In this document: positions 6,713 through 13,911 of the stretch, in pieces
Position numbering within the stretch: position 1 is the stretch's first letter
How the letters are laid out: each line of letters opens with the position of its first letter
Source of the DNA: Candidatus Scalinduaceae bacterium
GTDB taxonomy: Bacteria > Planctomycetota > Brocadiia > Brocadiales > Scalinduaceae
DNA: 13,911 bases
Assembly (NCBI GenBank): GCA_046759445.1
Contig: JBHICG010000079.1
Coordinates: 1-13,911, forward strand
Direction of reading: 5' to 3'
Notes under the pieces: model-generated
The model's input: only the letters and a program-made list of their open reading frames with translations
Database searches by the model: none
What the model was told of the DNA's origin: nothing
Made by a program: the position numbers and the translations under genes

Positions 6713-9700
6713 ATGACAATTGGAACATATGAAAAAATAAATGAGTATAGTTCGGTGAAAATATCTTTATCGTCGGCAGAAGACATTAGAAATAAATCGT
6801 ATGGTGAAGTAAAGAAACCGGAGACAATAAATTACCGTACATATCGTGCAGAGAAAGACGGGCTGTTTTGTGAACGAATTTTTGGCCCCGAACGTAATTG
6901 GGAATGCTTTTGTGGAAAATATAAGGGTGTTAAGCATAAGGGGGTTATTTGTGATAGATGTGGAGTTAAGGTGACTCATTCTCGTGTAAGAAGGAAGAGA
7001 TTAGGGCATCTTAGTTTAGCAGCGCCTATTGTTCATATTTGGTTTTTTAAGGCAATGCCTTCAAGAATAGGAACACTTTTAGGCATGAAAACTAATTCTT
7101 TAGAAAGGGTTATCTATTTCCAGGATTATGTAGTGATAGAACCAGGGAATGCGCCGCTTAAGGCATATCAGTTGTTAACAGTAGATGAATATAGAACAGC
7201 CCAGGAAAAATATGGCGAAGGTAGTTTTTATGCTGATATGGGAGCTGAAGCTATAAGGTCATTGCTCAAGAACTTGGATTTGGAAAAATTATCAAAGGAC
7301 CTTAGGGAAGAACTTAAAGAAACAAAATCCAAACAACGAACCAAGGATATAATAAAGAGACTAACAATCGTTGAAGCTTTTAAAGACTCCGGGAACAAAC
7401 CTGAGTGGATTGTTATGGATGTTATTCCAGTAATTCCCCCGGATTTGAGACCTTTAGTATTGTTGGAGAGTGGAGATTTTGCAAGCTCAGACCTTAACGA
7501 CCTTTATAGGCGTATTATTAATCGTAATAATCGTCTTAAAAAATTGATTGATCTCAATGCGCCGGAGGTAATTATCCGAAATGAAAAAAGAATGTTACAA
7601 CAGGCAGTAGATGCACTTTTTGATAATAGCAGAAGCAAACGCCCTATTTTAGGAAGTAACAATCGTCCTTTAAAGTCACTCACAGATATGCTTAAGGGGA
7701 AGCAGGGAAGGTTTAGGGAGAATTTACTCGGCAAAAGAGTTGATTATTCAGCACGATCGGTAATAGTTGTTGGCCCTGAGCTTAAACTAAGCCAGTGTGG
7801 AATTCCAAAAAAGATCGCGCTTGAATTGTTCCAACCATTCATAATTCAACGTCTAAGGGAAATTGGATTAGCAGATACGATTAAGAGTGCAAAAAAAATG
7901 TTGATAAGGCAAGATGAAGAAGTTTGGGACATTCTTGATGATGTGATACGTAAACATCTTGTTCTTCTCAATAGAGCCCCAACATTACATCGAATAGGAA
8001 TTCAAGCATTTAAGCCCGTGCTTGTAGAAGGCAATGCGATTAAACTTCACCCATTAGTATGTCGTGGCTTCAATGCTGATTTTGATGGGGACCAAATGGC
8101 AGTGCATTTACCGCTTTCGATTGAAGCTCAGATAGAGGCTAGGACTTTAATGTTATCTGTTAATAATATTTTTGCTCCTTCTTCAGGAGAACCAATAATT
8201 ACGCCATCACAAGATATTGTTTTAGGTTGTTATTTTTTAACTACCAAGGTAGAAGAAGATGAGGGTGAGAAAAAACTAAGAAGTTTCTGTGGTTTTGAGG
8301 AAATATTAATGGCTTATGCAGAGAAGAAAGTAGGTATTCATACACAAATAAAACTTAGATTAGCTCCAGATAAAACTATTGTAGGTAACGAGGCTGAACA
8401 ACTGAAGAATGGATTATGTATTACTACTGTAGGTCGTGTTATTTTTAACGAAGTTTTGCCTCATGAGTTGCCTTTTTATAATTATCCCCTTGACCATAAG
8501 TCAATAAATGGAATCATTCAGGATTGCTATAAGATTTTGGGTAAAGAAAAAACGATAGCTTTATTAGATAAGATTAAGGAAATAGGTTTTAAAGAGTGCA
8601 CTAAGGCGGGCCTTTCGCTTTCAATAATGGATTTAAAAATGCCAAATAAGAAGCAAATCTTAGAAAAAACGCAAAAAGAGATAGAGAAAATTCAGAAATT
8701 GTACCACAAAGGAATAATCACTGAAGGTGAAAGGTATAATCAGGTGATCGATACTTGGACATATGCTGGAGAAAAAGTGGCGGATGAGATGTTTTATGAA
8801 ATTAAAAATGATATTAGAGAGGGGAAACCATACCTTAATCCAGTGTTTCTTATGTCTGCATCAGGTGCCAGAGGCAGCGCCCAACAGTTGAGACAGCTTG
8901 CAGGTATGAGAGGTTTAATGGCCAAACCGTCAGGTAAGATAATAGAAACACCGATAAAGGCAAATTTTCGAGACGGATTAAGTGTATTGGAATATTTTAG
9001 TTCAACCCATGGTGCAAGGAAAGGATTAGCTGATACTGCCTTAAAAACAGCTGATTCTGGTTATTTAACTAGAAAACTTGCAGATGTTGCGCAAAACGTT
9101 ATTATTACAAGTTACGATTGCAGAACAGTTAATGGAATTAGTAAAAGCGCCGTGTATAGAGGGGACCGTGTTGAGGTGCCCCTCCACAAGATGATAAGGG
9201 GCAGAACGTCTTTGAATAATATTGTGGATTTGGTTAAGGATGAAGAAATCGTTAAAGAAAATGAGCTAATTACAGAAGAAAAGGCCAAGAGGATAGAAGC
9301 TTTAGGGTATGAAAAAATTCGTGTGCGTTCTGCATTAACATGCGAAATGTCACAGGGTTTGTGTGTTAAATGTTACGGTGTGGATCTTTCAAAAGGTGAA
9401 TACGTAGAAGAAGGTACTGCTGCTGGAATCATTGCCGCACAATCAATAGGTGAACCTGGTACTCAGTTGACAATGAAAACCTTTCATATTGGAGGAACTG
9501 CAACTCGATCAATTGAAGAGTCAGAAATAAGGGTTAAGAGAGTGGGTATAGTCAAATATGACAATCTAAATGTGGTAGAGAATCAGCAGGGAGAAAATGT
9601 TGCTCTGAGTGGAAAAGGAGAAATTCTCATTGTTAATGAAAAAGATAGACAAATTGAGAAACATGTAGTACCACTTGGTGCAACGGTTTTAGTAAGAGAA

Positions 9701-10822
9701 GGTGAAAAAGTTACTTCGAATCGAACGATTATTAAGTGGGACCCTCATATGACTCCAATACTTACAGAGATGCCGGGTAAGGTACGTTTTGAAGATATAA
9801 TAACAAACAAAACCATGCGAAAGGAATATGATCCTGTAACGCGTATTAAAAGGAAAGTAATTATTGAACATAAAGGCGATCTACACCCACAGATAATTAT
9901 AGAAGACAATACAGGAAAGATTCAGGGACTTTATCCAATACCGGAGAAAGCTCATATAGAGGTCGAAGAAGGTGCTAGAGTAGTTGCCGGTATGCTTTTA
10001 GCCAAAACACCTAGAGAGATTACGAGAACTGAGGATATAACTGGTGGACTGCCTCGAGTATCGGAGGTTCTTGAGGCAAGAAGACCAAAGGATCCTGCTG
10101 TAATGAGCGAAATAGACGGTATAGTAGAACTTGGCGAAAAGAGACGAGGAAAAAGGACGATAATCGTAAAGGGTGAATCCGGAATGGAAATAGAACATCT
10201 TGTTCCTCGTGGTAAACATTTAAGAGTGCATAGAGGTGATCGTGTAAAAGCAGGGGATCCATTGGTTGAAGGACCTCTAGTCCTTCAAGATATCTTAAGG
10301 ATTTGTGGTGAAGAAGAGTTGCAGCAGTATATGTTAAAGGAAGTTCAGAATGTTTATCGCTCTCAGAATGTACCAATTGATGATAAACATATTGAAATAA
10401 TTATTGCACAGATGTTACGTAAAGTAGAAGTAGATGAACATAATGACACAGATTTGCTTCCTGGTTTAGTTATTGATAAATTTAAATTTCGAGAAGTAAA
10501 CGTGAAAATAAAAGAAAAGGATGGTAAACCTGCAACTGCTGAACCATTGTTAATGGGAATAACTAAAGCATCTTTACAGTCCGACAGTTTTATATCGGCA
10601 GCATCATTTCAAGAAACAACTAAGGTATTAACTAAAGCTGCGGTGGAAGGAAAAAGAGATGAGCTTGTGGGTCTAAAAGAAAATGTTATCCTCGGTCATT
10701 TAGTCCCAGCTGGAACTGGATATAAGACCTTACATAAATTGTCTGTGAAAAGTGCTGAGATTGAAATCTCTGAAGAGGAAAAAGCTGAAAAGGAAAAGCA
10801 ATTAACAACATTACCTAATTGA
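6713..10822 (+). CDS. rpoC: DNA-directed RNA polymerase subunit beta' (1369 aa)
   Basis: Zinc-binding CFCGKYK...CDRC, catalytic NADFDGD (8072-8092), bridge helix [17 protein letters not shown], trigger loop [20 protein letters not shown] and GLKENVI motifs. SD AAAGGA at 6696-6701. Confidence 0.99.
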   Translation: MTIGTYEKINEYSSVKISLSSAEDIRNKSYGEVKKPETINYRTYRAEKDGLFCERIFGPERNWECFCGKYKGVKHKGVICDRCGVKVTHSRVRRKRLGHLSLAAPIVHIWFFKAMPSRIGTLLGMKTNSLERVIYFQDYVVIEPGNAPLKAYQLLTVDEYRTAQEKYGEGSFYADMGAEAIRSLLKNLDLEKLSKDLREELKETKSKQRTKDIIKRLTIVEAFKDSGNKPEWIVMDVIPVIPPDLRPLVLLESGDFASSDLNDLYRRIINRNNRLKKLIDLNAPEVIIRNEKRMLQQAVDALFDNSRSKRPILGSNNRPLKSLTDMLKGKQGRFRENLLGKRVDYSARSVIVVGPELKLSQCGIPKKIALELFQPFIIQRLREIGLADTIKSAKKMLIRQDEEVWDILDDVIRKHLVLLNRAPTLHRIGIQAFKPVLVEGNAIKLHPLVCRGFNADFDGDQMAVHLPLSIEAQIEARTLMLSVNNIFAPSSGEPIITPSQDIVLGCYFLTTKVEEDEGEKKLRSFCGFEEILMAYAEKKVGIHTQIKLRLAPDKTIVGNEAEQLKNGLCITTVGRVIFNEVLPHELPFYNYPLDHKSINGIIQDCYKILGKEKTIALLDKIKEIGFKECTKAGLSLSIMDLKMPNKKQILEKTQKEIEKIQKLYHKGIITEGERYNQVIDTWTYAGEKVADEMFYEIKNDIREGKPYLNPVFLMSASGARGSAQQLRQLAGMRGLMAKPSGKIIETPIKANFRDGLSVLEYFSSTHGARKGLADTALKTADSGYLTRKLADVAQNVIITSYDCRTVNGISKSAVYRGDRVEVPLHKMIRGRTSLNNIVDLVKDEEIVKENELITEEKAKRIEALGYEKIRVRSALTCEMSQGLCVKCYGVDLSKGEYVEEGTAAGIIAAQSIGEPGTQLTMKTFHIGGTATRSIEESEIRVKRVGIVKYDNLNVVENQQGENVALSGKGEILIVNEKDRQIEKHVVPLGATVLVREGEKVTSNRTIIKWDPHMTPILTEMPGKVRFEDIITNKTMRKEYDPVTRIKRKVIIEHKGDLHPQIIIEDNTGKIQGLYPIPEKAHIEVEEGARVVAGMLLAKTPREITRTEDITGGLPRVSEVLEARRPKDPAVMSEIDGIVELGEKRRGKRTIIVKGESGMEIEHLVPRGKHLRVHRGDRVKAGDPLVEGPLVLQDILRICGEEELQQYMLKEVQNVYRSQNVPIDDKHIEIIIAQMLRKVEVDEHNDTDLLPGLVIDKFKFREVNVKIKEKDGKPATAEPLLMGITKASLQSDSFISAASFQETTKVLTKAAVEGKRDELVGLKENVILGHLVPAGTGYKTLHKLSVKSAEIEISEEEKAEKEKQLTTLPN

Positions 10823-10838
10823 GCAGGAAGGATGATAG

Positions 10839-11210
10839 ATGCCAACGATAAACCAGTTAGTAAGAAAAGGAAGAAAGAAGATAGTAAAAAAAAGTAAAAG
10901 CGTTGACTTGGAAGGGTGTCCTCAAAGAAAAGGTGTTTGTCTTCAAGTAATGACACGAACACCCAAAAAACCAAATTCTGCCTTGAGGAAGGTGGCAAGA
11001 GTAAGATTGACAAACGGAAGAGAGGTTGCAGCTTATATACCAGGTGAAGGACACAACTTACAAGAACATTCTATAGTCTTGATAAGGGGTGGACGGGTGA
11101 GAGATCTTCCAGGTATTAAATACCATATAATAAGAGGTAAGTTAGATACGGCAGGTGTTGAGGGTAGAAAGCGGGGCAGGTCTAAATATGGAACAAAAAG
11201 CTCAAAATAA
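10839..11210 (+). CDS. rpsL: 30S ribosomal protein S12 (uS12, 123 aa)
   Basis: [31 protein letters not shown] and GGRVRDLPG motifs; SD AAGGA at 10828-10832. Confidence 0.99.
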   Translation: MPTINQLVRKGRKKIVKKSKSVDLEGCPQRKGVCLQVMTRTPKKPNSALRKVARVRLTNGREVAAYIPGEGHNLQEHSIVLIRGGRVRDLPGIKYHIIRGKLDTAGVEGRKRGRSKYGTKSSK

Positions 11211-11254
11211 ATTTTTTAGCTTATGTGTTGCTTGTTGGCGTGGGAGACTGATAA

Positions 11255-11728
11255 ATGGCATTGGAATTTAAAAGTACAGAGAGATTTTTAAGACCTGATG
11301 TGCGGTATAGAAGTATTTTAGTATCTAAGTTTATTAATTGTTTAATGCATAAGGGGAAAAAAAGCGTTGCGGAAAGAATCGTTTATCAAGCTATGGATTT
11401 ATTAAAGACTAGATTTCCAGATAAAGAGTCATTGGAAATAATAGAGACGGCAATTAACAATGTTAAACCTTTAGTTGAGGTAAAGTCTAGGCGTGTTGGA
11501 GGTGCGACTTATCAGGTTCCTGTTGAGGTATCCAAAAAAAGACAATTGTCGTTATCGTTTAGATGGATTATAAATGCTACACGAAAAAGAAAGGCTAAAG
11601 CATCATATCAAAAGTTAGCTGATGAATTATCTGATGCATATAAGAAACAGGGTGCAGCAATTACACAGCGAGAAAATACGCACAAGATGGCAGAGGCGAA
11701 TAAAGCCTTTGCTCATTTTGGATGGTAA
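11255..11728 (+). CDS. rpsG: 30S ribosomal protein S7 (uS7, 157 aa)
   Basis: GKKSVAE, EVKSRRVGGATYQVP and HKMAEANKAFAHF motifs; SD GGAG at 11243-11246. Confidence 0.99.
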   Translation: MALEFKSTERFLRPDVRYRSILVSKFINCLMHKGKKSVAERIVYQAMDLLKTRFPDKESLEIIETAINNVKPLVEVKSRRVGGATYQVPVEVSKKRQLSLSFRWIINATRKRKAKASYQKLADELSDAYKKQGAAITQRENTHKMAEANKAFAHFGW

Positions 11729-11746
11729 ATATTAATTTTATAAGAT

Positions 11747-13810
11747 ATGAAAAAAGAAAAACTAGTGAATCTTAGAAATATAGGTATTACTGCGCATATT
11801 GATGCGGGTAAAACCACAGTTACCGAACGTATCCTCTTTTATACCGGTAAGAGTTTTAAAATAGGTGAAGTTCATGAAGGTGCTGCGATAATGGACTGGA
11901 TGGAGGAAGAACAAAAACGTGGTATTACAATTACTGCAGCGGCAACAACATGCTTCTGGAAAGATTTTCAGATAAACATTATAGATACTCCGGGACATGT
12001 GGATTTTACAATGGAAGTTGAAAGATCTCTAAGGGTCTTAGATGGTGCAATATGCGTTTTTTGTGGAGTTAGTGGCGTTGAAGCACAATCTGAAACCGTA
12101 TGGAGACAGGCAGATAAATACAAGGTTCCTAGGGTTTGTTTTGTTAATAAGATGGATAGAATCGGTTCTGATTTTATCAAAGTAAGTAGTGAAATTAAGA
12201 AGAAATTAAATAAAAATGTAATCCCAATTCAATTACCTCTTGGTAAAGAGAAGAATTTTAAAGGTATTATTGACTTAATAAAGATGAAAGCTGTAATTTA
12301 TAATGATAAAGATGATACGTTGGGTGAGGAATTTGAGGAATGTGATGTACCAGAAGATATATTAGAAACAGCAAAAGAATATAGAGAGATAATGATTGAA
12401 AGTATTGCTGACAAAGTGGACTGGTTTATGGATAAATATCTGAATGAAAGCACAATTAAAGAAGAAGATATTCAAAGAGCCCTTCGTGAAGGAACTATAA
12501 AGACAGATTTGATACCTGTATTATGTGGTACGGCCTTTAAAAATAAAGGAATACAGCATTTATTGGATGCTGTGTGTAATTATTTGCCTTCGCCCCTTGA
12601 CATCCCACCAATAAAAGGGACAGATCCAAGAAACGATACAATTAAACAAAGAAAACCTTTAGAGACTGAACCTTTTAGCGCTTTGGCCTTCAAGATTACC
12701 TCTGATAAACACGGGGATCTTACTTTTATACGTGTTTATTCAGGTAAGATGACTTCAGGACAAAGGCTTTATAGCCCAAGGATTAATAAAAAAGAACTGG
12801 CAAGCCGTATTTATAGCATGCATGCTAATAAACGTGAGCAACTGGAAAGTGCTTCGGCTGGAGACATTGTAGCTGTCGTAGGTTTTAAATCTACAGTTAC
12901 CGGTGATACGCTATGTGCTGAAGAAGATCCCATAGTTTTAGAGAAGATAGATTTTCCGGAAACAGTTATTTCAATGGCTATAGAACCAAAGACAGAAACA
13001 GAAAAGGAAAAATTAGCTTTTGTTCTGGTTAGGTTATCTAAAGAAGATCCAACATTTAAAATTCAAACAGATGCCGAAACCGGCCAGTTAATAATCTCTG
13101 GAATGGGAGAGCTGCATCTTGAAGTCTTAAAAAATAGGATGTTAAGCGAGTATAAGATAAATGCAAATGTTGGCGCTCCTAAAGTTTCGTATAGAGAAAC
13201 GATAGAACGCGAAGCTGAGGTGGAAGAAAAATTTGTTAAACAAACTGGAGGACGTGGCCAATACGCCCATATAGAAATAAAGTTGGAACCATACATAGGT
13301 GAGAAAACTGTTGAGTTTGAAAATATGATACGCGGGGGAGCAATTGCAAAACAATATATAAAAGCGGTAGAAAAAGGTATTATAGATACAGCGAAAAGTG
13401 GTGTGTCAGGTGGTTATCCCCTTATAAACATAAAAGTGAGTTTAATAGATGGTTCTATGCATTCCGTTGATTCATCAGAATTTGCCTTCTATAACGTTGC
13501 AGGTATTGCTTTAAAGAAGGGTGTAGAGATGGCTAAGTCTGTTTTGCTAGAGCCAATAATGCGAATAGAAATTACAGTTCCAGAAAATTACCTTGGTGAT
13601 GTACTTAGTGATTTAAATGGTCGCAGAGCTGATATTGTCGAGTTGATTACAAATGAAGACTTGAGAGTGATTGAGGGAAAGATTCCATTGGCAGAGACTT
13701 TTGGTTATGCAACTATTTTAAGATCTATTACTCAAGGTAGAGGTACATATACAATGGAACCTTTAGAATATAAGCCAGCGCCAACAAAGGTTTACAGTAG
13801 GGTGTCATAA
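11747..13810 (+). CDS. fusA: Elongation factor G (687 aa), str-operon copy
   Basis: G1 AHIDAGKT, switch I RGITI, G3 DTPGHVDF, G4 [20 protein letters not shown] and H.VDSS motifs; position after rpsG. Confidence 0.97.
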   Translation: MKKEKLVNLRNIGITAHIDAGKTTVTERILFYTGKSFKIGEVHEGAAIMDWMEEEQKRGITITAAATTCFWKDFQINIIDTPGHVDFTMEVERSLRVLDGAICVFCGVSGVEAQSETVWRQADKYKVPRVCFVNKMDRIGSDFIKVSSEIKKKLNKNVIPIQLPLGKEKNFKGIIDLIKMKAVIYNDKDDTLGEEFEECDVPEDILETAKEYREIMIESIADKVDWFMDKYLNESTIKEEDIQRALREGTIKTDLIPVLCGTAFKNKGIQHLLDAVCNYLPSPLDIPPIKGTDPRNDTIKQRKPLETEPFSALAFKITSDKHGDLTFIRVYSGKMTSGQRLYSPRINKKELASRIYSMHANKREQLESASAGDIVAVVGFKSTVTGDTLCAEEDPIVLEKIDFPETVISMAIEPKTETEKEKLAFVLVRLSKEDPTFKIQTDAETGQLIISGMGELHLEVLKNRMLSEYKINANVGAPKVSYRETIEREAEVEEKFVKQTGGRGQYAHIEIKLEPYIGEKTVEFENMIRGGAIAKQYIKAVEKGIIDTAKSGVSGGYPLINIKVSLIDGSMHSVDSSEFAFYNVAGIALKKGVEMAKSVLLEPIMRIEITVPENYLGDVLSDLNGRRADIVELITNEDLRVIEGKIPLAETFGYATILRSITQGRGTYTMEPLEYKPAPTKVYSRVS

Positions 13811-13840
13811 TTAAAAAGTATCTTTAAAATATTATTTTTT

Positions 13841-13845
13841 GGAGG
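13841..13845 (+). promoter_or_regulatory. Shine-Dalgarno site of tuf
   Basis: GGAGG, 11 nt upstream of ATG 13857. Confidence 0.65.
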
Positions 13846-13856
13846 CAAGAAGGGAC

Positions 13857-13911
13857 ATGGCCAAAGAAGTATTTAAGAGGACGAAGCCGCATGTGAATGT
13901 AGGAACGATAG
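13857..13911 (+). CDS. tuf: Elongation factor Tu, 5' fragment running off the window (absent from the ORF track)
   Basis: Manual translation MAKEVFKRTKPHVNVGTI(G) matches the EF-Tu N-terminus (xRxKPHVNVGTIGH); canonical position after fusA. Confidence 0.96.
   Translation, partial: MAKEVFKRTKPHVNVGTI

Noticed and set aside
2941..10822. Intein, intron, split rpoC or rpoB-rpoC fusion
   Set aside because: Lengths are ordinary, conserved blocks are collinear, no intein splice or homing-endonuclease motifs are visible, and a TAA plus a 97-nt spacer separates the genes.
63..13354. All minus-strand ORFs in the track (60-162 aa, e.g. 1187-1675, 2381-2704, 10020-10376, 10696-11013)
   Set aside because: They lie antisense to highly conserved essential genes, show the Ser/Phe/Ile/Leu-rich composition of shadow ORFs, and have no recognisable motifs.
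13811..13840. A-tract/T-tract inverted repeat between fusA and tuf as a terminator
   Set aside because: The pairing is imperfect and almost all A-U with no GC stem, as expected by chance in AT-rich DNA.
1..13911. CRISPR array, tandem repeats, IS ends, defence or other accessory system
   Set aside because: About 96% of the window codes for universal genes, and no internal spacer exceeds 97 nt or shows repeats. Nothing supports a novel multi-gene system.

Overview
This window is an AT-rich (roughly 35% GC by eye) core housekeeping cluster, entirely on the + strand: nusG-rplK-rplA-rplJ-rplL-rpoB-rpoC-rpsL-rpsG-fusA, followed by the first 18 codons of tuf. The rif and str operons are fused with very short spacers. 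Signature motifs (RpoB '[20 protein letters not shown]' and 'KFIGLNE', RpoC '[11 protein letters not shown]', S12 'RVRDLPG', S7 N-terminus without MPRR) point to Planctomycetota. The low GC would fit the anammox class Ca. Brocadiia or a relative (inference). All ORFs are intact. I see no mobile element, CRISPR array, intein, intron, RNA gene or accessory system, and I do not claim a novel system. The notable points are fine-scale: natural S12 K88R, a trigger-loop R->K in RpoC, a divergent rifampicin pocket, EF-G eroded in domains IV/V, an L10 tail predicting a six-L12 stalk, no room for an L10 leader, and candidate RNA structures at the rplL/rpoB, rpoB/rpoC and rpsL/rpsG junctions. Reference motifs are quoted from memory and no searches were run.
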